Made by a program: the position numbers and the translations under genes
Part shown: positions 12,258 through 24,522 of the stretch, one piece after another
Numbering within the stretch: position 1 is the first letter of the stretch
Layout: each line of letters starts with the position of its first letter
Assembly: GCA_000934665.2 (NCBI GenBank)
Contig: KZ538074.1
Span: 62,001-126,000 of the forward strand
Source: Catajapyx aquilonaris
Taxonomy: Eukaryota
Length of the DNA stretch: 64,000 bases
Reading direction: 5' to 3'
The notes under the pieces: model-generated
The model's input: only the letters and a program-made list of their open reading frames with translations
Databases searched by the model: none
Told to the model about the DNA's origin: nothing

Positions 12258-13130
12258 ATCATTAAAACTGAAACATGATTTTTGATGGCTCTGTGCATTT
12301 TCTTCTGGGTAGTAAATGCAGTACTATTGATCTTTTGAAAGTAAGCACCTTCAGGATTACTGAGGATAAGACAAAGAAAGGGAGGGTAATTAATGCAGTC
12401 AGTCTGGCAACAGGTTAATGGTTTTGGTCATAAGTCAAGGCTGCCTCCATTAGGGTGGGTCATATTTCATGCCATTGTTGCTGTGTACTCTGATAAAAGT
12501 GTTTTAATGCAAATGTGTAAATGGAAAAGAGACTTCAGGGCAACAATATTGATCCTTTTTAGAGGCAAAATTCCCCCTGCAAAATTTTGTGAGGAAATTA
12601 ATAGATAAAACTCAAATTTATTGTGTTACATGTATTCTGAATTTGAGGTTTACGAAGTGGATATGGACAGGTGTCTAAATTCTTTCTGCTTTGATGTCCC
12701 TATTGAGAAGGACTGCCTGAATTATTTTGTGAAGTTACTCACTTGCAGAAGTTAATACTTCCACACTTAAATTGCAAGTGGATAACTAACACCAATGCAT
12801 TGAATAGCTGATGCATTTGTGAGTTGCCAGCTTGTAGCCTTTCGTCATTAAGTATGTCGTGCCTTATACCTAAGGCTAGTGTATTTGACTGCATTACTGC
12901 TTAACAGGTGTTTGGATGCATAATTAATATGAAATGAATTGATATGCTTTTACTCTCCATTAATTTAAGATAGATAAATTTGAGGCTTCTTGCATCAATC
13001 TTTCCATATTTATAGTCACCAAGCAATTTTTTTAGAAACTAAGCATGATGTCTTTATATGTTGCACAGTATTTCTAAGGCTCGACATACTTGATTGACCC
13101 ACCACCTATTGTTTCCTGACCAGATTGGTT

Positions 13131-13988
13131 ATGTCAGAATCGGAGACTCGCTCACTGGCTGCCCGTCAACGGTGGCACCGCCTGTCCAAGGCACTGTTGG
13201 GCCAGAAGAACCGTCCTGTATCTGATCCTGACCCACGCCGTTTTACCTCATATGGCCTATTTCTCTGCCAACCTTGTCTCGGGAGGAGACAGGACAACCC
13301 CTACTGGCACCTCTACACCTCCCCTGAACCAGAGCTGTCCCGTTTCCGACTGTGCATCCGACACGCACCCTGCCGGTTTGATGCTGCAGAGCTGTCTGGA
13401 TTCGACAACACCGGCAACGTGCAAATATGGCCATCCGAAGAAGTCCTAGCATACTATTGTGCCACAAATCCAGGCCTTTTCAAACAAAAGTCGGTGCTAG
13501 AACTTGGGGGTGGTATGACATGTTTGGCAGGGTTGACAGTGGCGTTATGTGCTGAGCCACGCCTGGTGACTCTGACTGATGGCAATCATCGCTCTGTTGA
13601 AAATGTGCAGGAGATATTAACGGATAATACTTTTGGTTGCGACATTGAGACATTTGTTTTGGACTGGTCCGGCGAAAGAATTTCTGACCAATATGACGTG
13701 ATAATAAGTGCCGACTGCCTGTTTTTTGAGCGAGGGCGCTCCAATCTGCTCAAGTGTCTATATGAAAGGCTCAAGTGGGATGGGATGGCAATTGTTGTAG
13801 CACCACGACGTAACAAGTCATTTCAAGGTTTTGTTACAAGTGCAATGAAGTTGTTTGAGGGTTGTGAATGGTCAGGGAGATACAGTGAGAGGGTGTGGAA
13901 TCTACATGAGCAGCTCAAGGGGAACCTCAACTATAAGGAAGATGAGCATTACCCTTGGATGCTCACACTTACTAAGAAGCGCATGTGA
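13131..13988 (+). CDS. CAMKMT: Calmodulin-lysine N-methyltransferase (intronless CDS, 285 aa)
   Basis: N-terminal ARQRWHRLSKAL, RRFTSYGLF, GFDNTGNVQIWPSEEVLAYY, SAM motif VLELGGGMTCLAGL, LTDGN, YDVIISADCLFF and C-terminal YKEDEHYP. The first ATG is at 13131 (the ORF track starts at a TTG). A splice acceptor ctgaccag| lies at 13123. Confidence 0.93.
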   Translation: MSESETRSLAARQRWHRLSKALLGQKNRPVSDPDPRRFTSYGLFLCQPCLGRRQDNPYWHLYTSPEPELSRFRLCIRHAPCRFDAAELSGFDNTGNVQIWPSEEVLAYYCATNPGLFKQKSVLELGGGMTCLAGLTVALCAEPRLVTLTDGNHRSVENVQEILTDNTFGCDIETFVLDWSGERISDQYDVIISADCLFFERGRSNLLKCLYERLKWDGMAIVVAPRRNKSFQGFVTSAMKLFEGCEWSGRYSERVWNLHEQLKGNLNYKEDEHYPWMLTLTKKRM

Positions 13989-14368
13989 AATTTTTGTTGA
14001 TATCCTGTTAAGTGAACTGAAATGTTCTGTTTTGCACCATAACTTGGATGAAAAGTACCAGTACTAGGTAATCTAATGTGTATATCAGTTATTCAGTATT
14101 AAACTTAGCACAAATCTAGTTGACCTTTTCATTCAAAAGTAACGCAAGCAGACATTTTGATTCACATGTGTTCCTGTGGGTGCCTAATGGTGCAATGCAA
14201 AGGTTTAATTTCCAGTATGAAGTAAAAATGTATCTGCTTGAGAAGAATATTGTGAAGATATTTTCAAAGCTAATTAGTCTTTTAAGCTGTGAGGGAATGT
14301 TTAGAGTATAGAAAAGACACCCCATATGAAGTAACGAGCCCACTCTCTTAGTATAACTCTCACATTAA

Positions 14369-15184
14369 GGGGCACTACAGTCAAAATAAAGGGTTTTGTA
14401 AAAAATCGCCAAAAAAAAACCCATTAGAGACGAGAAGTTGGGACTTCATTTTCATGAATGTACATATAGCGCCTATAATCGAATCATGTTGACTCATGTG
14501 TCGAAGGGCCTCCAGGGCCGCGTGACGTCACGCCACTGTAACCACGATTTAGGGCGCTGGGGTGAACCTACAACCGTCAGATTGGACCTCAGGCTTCCTT
14601 GAGCATGTAGTTTTCGTTTGACCCATAATTATAATTTTTGAAATCGTTTTAGTATTTTTTTGAAGATAACTACCAAATTAAGCACTTTTGAGAAAACATT
14701 TAATGAAAGTAAAAATAGAAGTAGTTCGAGCAGGCTAATTCTTTTGGTCCGAACGATAGTGCCATGTTTGAGGATAAATATGGTGAAGTGGGAAGTCCGT
14801 AGCTACATTTTTGTGGCCTGGGCGATGGTGACAGTGTCCAAATCTGGCAAACTGAGAAAGTTAAAAGCAGGGTAACGTAACAGAGCAATAATGCGATTCA
14901 AAAAATACATTAGTGTGACACAGACGCGCTGTGGCCAGCAGGACTAGCGTAGTGCCTCTGCGTCCGCGCGAGAGCAGCATCTGATGGCGCTCATGCCAGA
15001 GGATAGGTGGGGAGAGGAGGGGGCCTTGCCAGGCAAGGTTGCCAGGCGTCCGCTCCCAACTCGCCAATTTGTTTAATTTCGGGACGCGGTTTGCCGTGTT
15101 CGACGCAGGAAAAGACGCTTGATTTTTTTCAAAAAAAAACCCCAAAAAAACGAGGTTTTGAAGGTCAATGACTGTAGTGCTCCC
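14369..15184. mobile_element. Kolobok-type non-autonomous element
   Basis: TTAA|GGGGCACTACAGTCA...TGACTGTAGTGCTCCC|TTAA, purine-start termini. Confidence 0.7.
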
Positions 15185-15446
15185 TTAAGGCAGTTCCTGT
15201 GAGGAGGCAGGATCCAGGGGGGACATTCACGAACTGTCACAGGGCAAAATATTTATCCTAAGACAGAAACACAGCCTAAGTCTTATTCAGGACTATAGCA
15301 GTATTACCCATTCTTTGCATGGGGATTGAAAAATGGGAATTTTCTTTTCTTAATTTTTTTAGAGGAATAATGTGGTTTCCTCGTGCCCTCTACTGTGCCC
15401 TTGCTCTGATCTCCCTCCTCCTCAACCCCCTCAGCTCCCCCTAACA

Positions 15447-15619
15447 CAGGTGTTCTTAACCTTTTCGGGCCTCCACACCCCTTTGAAAACAGTTGGTCCT
15501 TGTCGCATCCCCTATACCAGGGGTGATTGAGTAAGTTCATAGTTAGACTATAAGTCCAGAGGTGCACCTTGCTCGCACCCCCAGGGGAGCTACTTCACAC
15601 CCCAGGGAAAGAACCACTG
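15447..15619. mobile_element. hAT (Charlie-like) MITE
   Basis: CAGGTGTTCTTAACC...AAGAACCACTG with 8-bp TSD ccctaaca on both sides. Confidence 0.75.
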
Positions 15620-18034
15620 CCCTAACAGCATCAGTAGCATGTGACAGAATTGCCAGGTAACACTCCAATGGCAAAATGACAAAAATCGTCTGAAAATCCG
15701 GTGTATACCCAAAAAAGTGCTGTTTTGGCATTTTTCTTTTGAATTCTGAGCACATCAACTATAAGTGTGTCAATTTTCAGCTCTCTTGGTAGTCTGGGAG
15801 TGGGTTAGATAGCTTGGATATACAAACATACATACGAACTTTGCGCTTTGTATATATAGAAAAGTGTCCTAGGAGCAAAAAGTAGCTGAAAGGTTGACAC
15901 CTCTGGATGTGTCCTGTGACATTTTTTGGGGGGTTGGCAAAGTTGTTGGAGGAGGGCAATATATGGTAGGCAGAGAGCACTATTGGACAATGAGTCTGGA
16001 AGTAGGCGGCATACTTTGAATGGGGTTTTCCAGGGCAAAATTGACCCTCATGCTGATGTACTAGCTGACTGACAAGGCCTTCACGCCATTTGATATAGTT
16101 GCTCTTCAGGTTGTGCTATTTCTTCAATTCATTGCTTCAAGAAGATTTCAGAACATAACCTTGACAACCACTTTTGGTGTCAACCAGTCAGTGTGGCACA
16201 TCATTACTAACACTTCTTTGCTTGGTGCCACCTTTGACAATGATAAGAAAACTTCCTGATGAATGCCTTGATTATTTAAATAACCAAAATTTCTGTTATT
16301 CCAAATTGAAAGTATCCCTTCTGGGATTGTTGTCGGCTCCTAACACAATAATTTTTAGTGATGTTGCTCCCAATAATATTAGGTGAAAAAGTGAACGATT
16401 TTGCCTACCTAGATCTCCAATTAAGAAATGTGGATTTGAAAATTCACTTTTTCCAACTTCAAGTGGCCACATAAGGTATTAAGAGCATTTTAAAACCTTT
16501 CTTTCATTTTATTATCATTTTATACTAATTAAATTAATTATATTATTAATAATCTGGGTCTCAGTGCTTTCTCCCCTCTTGGGGTATATCACACAGACCT
16601 TTGTCATCATCATCATCATAATTATACATTGCTCCATACATCACAGAAAACACCCTGGACAATGGGTGTTGGGGGTGACGGAGATTCCTAAGGGAGGGCA
16701 CTCTTAAATAGTTTCTAGTCATTTCGGACCTTTTTAAGTACCATAGATTTTCTCTTGGCCATTGGCAGAAAAGGGAGTGCAAGTCTGCCCGGACATGTCG
16801 GGTGAAAAGAGGAAAAAGACCCGACCAAACGAAGGTGACAGGATTTGAACCCCGCTTGGCTGGCCAGTAACCAGCCCTATGACATTCCTCTAATACGGCA
16901 GTGTAATATCTGTGTCCCATGGTTTAAGCCGCCATCTTGATCAAGGTGCAACTCGGGCGGTAGGTAGTGGGTGAGTCTGCCGCGATTGGCTTGATATTCC
17001 TTTTCTTCCGCAGACTTACCACTTGAGTGCACCTTGAAAAAGATGGCGGATAGCAAATGCTGTAGCGCCACCAGTGCCAATATCCGGGCCTGGTGGAGAC
17101 ACGAATTAAACTACCGTATCTATACAGCTAGGGGGAAGTGACACGGGGCTGCCAGTAACATAGCCACTAGACAACTGTACCTCCCTTATTTATTTTATTA
17201 ATTTATTTTATTTACAAAAGTTAGAGGGGATGAGCAATTTTTGGGGTTGCAAATTGTCCACTAAAATCTATATTAATGATTAACATGTGAATTCTTACTG
17301 TAGTTTTCCATTGCATTGCCCCATTTTAGGGGTTGCCAAATTGTGCAAACAGTGTTGTTACAATCACTTATGAAATATTTACTTCTCTTGAACAACAAGC
17401 AACATTAAAAATAAAAAATTCTTTTTTTAAGAGCGCGCTCTAGGCTACGCGACTCATTGTTGCGGGGAGCCCGTCGCGGCCCGGCCCGTGAGTTTGACAC
17501 TTCTTCCTCTCGCTGTCAAGGTCGCAAATATGGAGGTATTGGCATGACACTGGAGTATCTGGACGCGAAAGAGTTGCACTTTGAGATGGTGCGTTTATTT
17601 TTCTCCTGGGGCGATATTTGCGGCCGCCACGGCCAGGTACAGTTTTTTATTTTGACCCGCAATCACTCCTTTCCATGTCGGTACCTGTGAGATTCGAGCC
17701 CATGACGAGGTTTTTACGCCGAATTACCGTAAGTGTGTGAAAGGGCACGAGTGTGGCAGTCTTGGTTTGGCCAAACTTCGGGATGAAAAATACCCCCCTC
17801 CATGAACAATAAAAACTCGCATGAAGAACGCGAAGATCTGGCAGCGCCGCGCTGACTGCCAGTTCCGTAACCACGGCGACGGGGGTAAGGTAGTAATAAT
17901 TAGCGCTCTACCCCCGTCGCCGTGGTTACGGATCATAATTATGTTGGGTTAGCTTGCGTCTCCCTTCATCGCTGACTACCCCTCATAGGGAAATGTCGTG
18001 ATGATGATGATGATGATGATTCCTATTACAACAG

Positions 18035-18115
18035 TTGGACGGTGTTATGCAGTAACCATGTAAACCATACGGGTAGCCGTATGGGTTACATGGTTACTGC
18101 ATAACACTGTCCAGT
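18035..18115. repeat. Near-perfect short palindrome
   Basis: ggacggtgttatgcagtaaccatgtaaaccatacgg / ccgtatgggttacatggttactgcataacactgtcc. Confidence 0.75.
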
Positions 18116-18170
18116 TTGGCTCCTGCACATCTATTAGGGCTGCAGGAAAGAAAGAAGTCACCATTATTAA

Positions 18171-19040
18171 CCCAGATATGCCCAGCGTCCTCTATAGGGG
18201 ACACCTATACAGTTGTCACATATTAATTTTTTGCGCAGGTTCTTCTGCTGCTAAAGAGCTGGCAGTAGTCACATGTGCTTCAGGAGAGTCCCAGCTAAAG
18301 ATACAAGTTCTAACTTGCTCAATATTGCTTCAGATTTTTAAGATACAGGTGTTTGAATTTTAACGCAGGCAATAATGGCTGCACCTTCATGTTCCGAATA
18401 TGATTAGTAATTAATTTACGAATATTGATTTGTGTTATGAGTTATTTATTGGCTGTAATACTTAGAAAACTTATGAATGATGATGTCGATGGGGAAATAT
18501 AGGCATGTTTTTTACTTTCCTCGTCTGAGAGTATTGTTGAAATCTGGTGTCCCCTCTGGGGAAAGCAAAAGGCAAATGCACCCACATTTGGACAAGTAAA
18601 GTCTGTGTGTGGATTTTGTCACTTTGTTGCACTGTATTTTAATGAATCCATACAATTAAAACAAGATTACATGGCAATTGGTTAACATGGCAACCGCTGC
18701 AACAATCCTTGATTGTTGTTGATTGTGACTCAATTGCAACCCATTCTTTGCACAGCCTGTTTCCTTGGTAATGCAATCAACAACAATCAATCATTGGTGA
18801 TACTATGAAACTATTGATATTGCTGAATGTCACTGTTGCCATGGTAATGTAATCAACAACTGTTATAGCCATACTAGGTTACATTTTCCTAGCATCCCAT
18901 AATTATAGGGAACAGGTTCTCGCAAACAAGCATTCAGAAAAATGTGTTATCTCGATTTTTTGTGTTTTGGGACCTAATATGAACTAATAGAAACAAAGAA
19001 AGTTCAAAAATTCAACAAAACTTTTCTGGGCATATCTGGG
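18171..19040 (+). mobile_element. Non-autonomous piggyBac-type element, copy 2 (uninterrupted)
   Basis: TTAA|CCCAGATATGCCCAG...CTGGGCATATCTGGG|TTAA. Confidence 0.88.
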
Positions 19041-19085
19041 TTAATCTAAATCTGGAGCACTACCTGTTACTTCAGGTCATATATA

Positions 19086-19646
19086 CAGGGTGTTTATTGT
19101 AACTCTGCAAAGACTTTCAGGGGTAATAGAGGGGACCAAGACAAGTATTTTTGACATAGAAACCCGTGTCCGGAAACGCCATCTAGAGGGGGTTCATAGA
19201 CAAGGAACGGGTGCGCTCAGACGCGTCAGGCGGGCGGCGTTAGCGAGCGGACTGTTTTGTTGATAGATGGCGCTCGGATAGTAACCAACGATATGATGTG
19301 CCATAACCTGGCAACAACAGAGTCATCTAGCATCTAAAGTCCGCCTCCTAGGAGACGTGCCGATAGTCAACAGCGGTTCTGTTGTTGCCAGGTTATGGCG
19401 TATCGCGTTTTTGTTTACGTACAACGACGCGATACGCCGTAACCTGGCAACAGCTGTGCGCCATCTATCAACAAAACAGTCTGCTCGACTAGCGCCTCTC
19501 GCGTGACGCGTCTGAGCGCATCCGTTCCTTGTCTATGAACCCCCTCTAGATGGTGTTTCTGATCACGAGTTCCTATGCCAAAAATACTTGTCTTGATCCC
19601 CTCTATTACCCCTGAAAGTCTTTGCAGAGTTACAATAAACACCCTG
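19086..19646. mobile_element. Long fold-back Tc1/mariner-type MITE
   Basis: TA|CAGGGTGTTTATTGTAACTCTGC...GCAGAGTTACAATAAACACCCTG|TA; arms pair over more than 200 bp. Confidence 0.85.
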
Positions 19647-20630
19647 TATAATACTGATATTCACATAACTGGGGGGGGNGGGGGGGGTAGTTGACAAGTG
19701 GAGTCAAGGTGGGAGAATTGAGCAGGAGGAAAGGCTGCAGGGGTTGAATCTTAATTTTGTGTCCAGGTGCAAAGTTTGCATTCCAGACTTTCATTGGGAG
19801 CACAAATTACATGGAGTGCTTAATTCTTAATTACTGGGTTTAGCCAGGTTAAAAAGCAAGACCAACTGGAGTGAAAATTGCACCTGTGTGTTGGAATATT
19901 TCAACCCCTGAGGCTGTGATTGGTGTGGATGGGTATACTTGGAAAATGCTTTTCTCCTAGGATAATTTTGCATAAGATATTCCAGGACGGTAATTGTGAA
20001 TATGACTTAGGAAAGGTCCCAGTGCGAATGCAATTCTAAATAATCATTCTAAGCTAGCTTTCCTAGGAAATAATTTTATGAATGTCCCCCTAGATGGATA
20101 GAGAGAGACCTGGCTGATTTTTGTTCATGAAAAAGGGAAGATTAGTGTGCTATTTGGCATATGAACAGGATTTACTAGTAGATGTATAGGTTGATTTCCG
20201 GCCTCCATCAAGCCGTGTGAGGTAATATTCTTCAGCTTAATTATACATACAGGAATTGTGTTATTGACAGCGGTTGTTTGTACATGAGAAATTCTGTGCG
20301 GGGTCTAATTCCATCTTCCACTAAGCAGTGTGAGCCAGAAGCATGTAATAGGACCATGTTATGACACAACTGAAACCTCTTCAGGTGATGTTTGATTGAT
20401 TGAGTGGGAAGAATCCAAGAGTAACTAAGGCAAATTGGCAGTAAGAGCATAGAATGAAAGAAAGAGCAAGACAGTGGGGGGATGGCTCCTACCCCACAAA
20501 GACCTGTCTGACTTGGAAGGCCCTATCAGTTGACAAGCTGCCACCTTCGCAGCTGTCAGAGCGCACAAGTGCCCCCCCCCCCTCCCCCTCTTCCCACCAT
20601 GTGAAGATGAAGTCGGGTGCTGCCATTAGG

Positions 20631-20777
20631 GTACTATCAGTCCACCAAGAATTGTCGTAGCGGCAGCACACGAACTACAGTTACGAGCACTTCCGGGGGG
20701 AGAAGTCAATGGAGAAGTGCTCGTAGACTGTAGTTCGTGCGCTGCCGCTACGACAATTCTTGGTGGACTGATAGTAC
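20631..20777. mobile_element. GTAC-bounded palindromic mini-element, family B
   Basis: GTACTATCAGTCCACCAAGAATTG...CAATTCTTGGTGGACTGATAGTAC. Confidence 0.8.
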
Positions 20778-20844
20778 ATGGCATGTGTCACGAGAATGTA
20801 AACACACTGACAAAGATGCTTGTCTGAGGTATACTGATATTATA

Positions 20845-21188
20845 CAGGGTGTATCAGAGTCACGGGTCAAGCGAGTGCGAGGGGGTGGGGAAAAATCGTA
20901 GGTGGCGACAACCCCGGTCGGTTTTATAAAGCAATTAGAAATACGGCAGTAATCAATTTATTTATTACGGCCGTATGGCGTGATGTCACGTCCTATCTGT
21001 TTAAATCGAGTCGGGCGGGCTGGCAAGAGTCAAGGTAAGATTGCAGTGGTTGAACGGGTTTTTAGCCTTGCGGGTTGCACTGAAAAAGGCTACGCCGGCA
21101 GGGTACTGAACACACTACAGTAGTGTGTTCAGTACCCTGCCGGCGTAGCCTTTTTCAGTCGCTTGACCCGTGACTCTGATACACCCTG
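20845..21188. mobile_element. Tc1/mariner-type MITE with an internal perfect hairpin
   Basis: TA|CAGGGTGTATCAGAGTCACGGGTCAAGCGA...|TA; 39-bp perfect stem at 21079-21159. Confidence 0.85.
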
Positions 21189-21404
21189 TATTGTTCAGAT
21201 TGCTTGTGCAGATAACATTGCAGCACAACTTGCTGGTAGCATACCAAGTTATGAATCCGTCCAAATGTGACCAAAGGGCAACGATTCAGTTCAAGTGAAA
21301 GTGCTGGTATCATTTTGCTGCGTGACAATTCCCGTCCAGTTATTGTCTGGGTAGTGCAGTACGAACTGAATGCCATGTGATGTGATGATAAGTTATATCC
21401 TGGA

Positions 21405-21585
21405 TGCCTTTGGACAGTTAAAGATGGCTTTTCAAGGCCGTATGTTCACATTTGATGACAAAGTGCATGAGGCTGTGGTAGTTTATTTAGGCAACAGCTC
21501 AAGGAAATATTGTAAATGGGATATGCACATACAGAGACTTGTGCATTAGTGGTAATTCTGTCTAATTCCTGTGGTGATTTTTAAA
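21405..21585 (+). pseudogene. Decayed mariner transposase C-terminus
   Basis: Frameshifted translation FGQLKMA.QGRMFTFDDKVHEAVV...RQQLKE...IQRLVH*W.FCLNSCGD resembles the mariner C-terminal consensus. Confidence 0.55.
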
Positions 21586-23349
21586 TAACTGTTACAATAC
21601 CTTAGTTTGGTTGGGTACATTCTCACACAGGTTGCAGTTGAATTTTCTGAATACTTGTTGCCACCAAGTATTTAGTAATGTTTCAACATCATTGCCACAA
21701 CCGTTACGCAGCATTGTTGGAATACATCAATCAGCTCTGATGGTCATATTGTGCGTCTAGTACCAGATTTCAATAGTTGGTCTCTAAACACTGTATGTTC
21801 ACTAATGCTTGGTCACCATGAATAAGGGAGTGATCAGTGCTTGTTTTCCAAATTTTTCAATTGTAATACCACAAGGTGTTTCAGTATCAATGGTTATGCC
21901 ATTAAAGAATCACTCCCTTTGTTGTGAAGGCCATGCAGATTACTGTTAGGGACCAAAATTATAAACACAGGTGAATCATGTGTTGATTGTTGTCCATCCC
22001 CCTGCCACCAACCCCAATTGTTACGAAATGTTTCCATCGATGCCTATGTCTGCTCAAGAGATGGAACGGGTAACTGTTTTTTTTATTATTTATTGCATAG
22101 ATGAGAGAAATGACTTCCTTGACTGAACTTTGCCCTTGGCTGTGTGGTAAAATGATGATACTGGGTTGAATAAATAAATACATTGTAACAGCTCTGATGG
22201 TTTTTCCCTTCTGCAACTAAAAAATGTTCATTTATGTTTATTATATTAGTACTATTTTTCTGCTAAATAATTGGTTGTAGTTTTTATTGTTGACATTAAA
22301 TTTATGTAAGTAGTGTTGGCCTGTTAAGGAAATAAAATATTATGAAATTAATTTTATAAATTTAGCTCCAAATTAAAAATCAATTTTGTACTTTTGCAGA
22401 GAAAAGATACCTTAGCTTAGACCAACAGTACTTTTATGACTTCCATGTCAACAGTGCGAAAAACAGCCTATTAACCAGGAAAAGAATGCTGATGTCAGCT
22501 CTTGATGTCATGAACAAATGAAAACCTGACTTTACCAAACCTACGCGTACTTATCCATGCGATATTTTCTATATATCATAAAACTTCATGCTTAAATTTT
22601 AGAACAACTTTGCTCAGTAGGTGTAGAATAACAGGAAGGAACACATTTGATTCATTCAGCTGTCTGTAGGTGGTTAAATAAAACTAACAAAACCAGTCAA
22701 CTGGATGCATAACAACTACAGTATTTTCAAAATTGAGCAAGGTGGCTGATGCTTCAGCAATAATTGGCATCAGAAGCAACCACTACACATACAACATATT
22801 CAGCCTTATGACCCATATGCATAAATGCAGAATAGAGATTGGATTGATATAAATGACATACAACTGAATGCCAGTCTATGTGCATAATGCCAGGATTGAG
22901 AATGTCATCCTTGCACAGGGGCCTCAGGATTGAGAATGTTGTTAATATTGGATTGGGAATGATGGGTAATTTCAGGACAAAACACCCCCTTTTTCCTCAG
23001 AATAACACCCTCCATTTTTTGATTGTGATGAAATTTGGCATGCAGGTTCCAAATGTGAAGAGTAAGTAAATCCCCAATTTTCAGCCACCTATGTTCAATA
23101 GGTCATGAGTTATGTCATGGTCAAATCGGAGAAAATCAAAAACATGGACTCAAATATTGCCTCATATCTCAGTGAGTACATGCTCGACTGCGTGTTTCGC
23201 CTGTCCATGGATTTGCAATTGTGTGGGTGATGAATGATTTTTAAAAATAATGCCGGAAACTAGCCAATTTTGGAATATCAAGTTTTGTGACCTTTGCCCA
23301 TGTGCTGAGGTCTAAATGCTTGGGACACACTGGTACCCACCTCTCTGTT

Positions 23350-23443
23350 GTACTATGGGCGCCAAAAGAATTGACCGGAGTTGATGGGTATATAGCGCCA
23401 TATACCCATCAACTCCGGTCAATTCTTTTGGCGCCCATAGTAC
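23350..23443. mobile_element. GTAC-bounded palindromic mini-element, family C
   Basis: Perfect palindrome GTACTATGGGCGCCAAAAGAATTG...; the opposite arm of the host has a single GTAC at 24957-24960. Confidence 0.88.
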
Positions 23444-24218
23444 ACACCCGTATAAGTTTCATTTTAGTAGCACAATGTCTTCTGGGTGAAAAAAATCCAG
23501 ACTACTACCTTCTCATGGAAATCGTCAATGGCGGTAAGGTGGAGATTACACACGAGTCTCCTCCAATCTCAACCTTATTGGTTAGTAGATGGGTTATTTC
23601 CCCTGACAATCCGCTCTTCCTGCTGGACATATGAAGATGAAAGTATTGATGGATTGCAGCAGCTTGTTTTGATTGTGTGAGAACAGTCGCAAAAGAAGAT
23701 ACTGGTGGTGGAAGCAGACGTTGGAATTAATATCTGAAACTGGTAGTCTGGATCGAATGGACAGCCAATACTCTACTTCTTTTCTTCAGAAGATACCCAC
23801 CGACCTGACTTTTTGATGTACCACTGGTACCAGTACTTATGTTGGTTGCAATTTACACCCGATTTTTGCCAGCGGACAGTTCATCATGCTGACTGGCAAT
23901 TACTGAACACTGTGGAACACAGCATGTACAGTCTCAAACACTGACGTTCTGCATACACAAAGCACTAGCACTATCACTTGGTGCTACTGGCCAGCAACTG
24001 AAAAGCAACGACAGCGACACTGACAGGCTTCCTATGCTGCCGAGATACAATGACCTGTTCCTATAAACACAACTGGAGCTGCAACAACATATGAGAAGGC
24101 TCCCGAAGTGTCACCTTTCTTTTGTGTGGTAAGATGGCAATAGAGTAACATTAACATGCACATTGATGATATGGGCTTATTGTGAGACTGCCGCATATTT
24201 ACTACATCTGAAAGCACG

Positions 24219-24522
24219 ACCGAAGCAGTTTGGTGGAGTGGATAAGGTGTTCGACGGCTAATCGGGAGGTCCTGGGTTCGATTCCCAGGGCCGGCAATCC
24301 TAACCGTGGTTTTCTGTAGTTTCCCACGTTCCCCCCAGGAGAATTCCGGGATTGCTTCCTAAATAATAGGCCACAGCCGCTTTCTTCCGTCCCTATCCTA
24401 TCCCAAAAAGCAAAAGTAAAAATGAATGCAGAGTGTTCCAGTCAAAACAAAATTGGGATGAACTTCCCCCCTAAAGAGCAGCCGGCTGATAACGGGGTAT
24501 GAATTATTATTATTATTATTAC
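24219..24522 (+). mobile_element. SINE family 4
   Basis: A box tggtggagtgg, B box ggttcgattcc, (att)n tail; TSD tactacatctgaaagcacg at 24200-24218 and 24523-24541. Confidence 0.85.

Noticed and set aside
15800..16210. Minus-strand text faintly like a piggyBac transposase C-terminus
   Set aside because: Too degenerate to support by eye, and no matching TIR pair was found.
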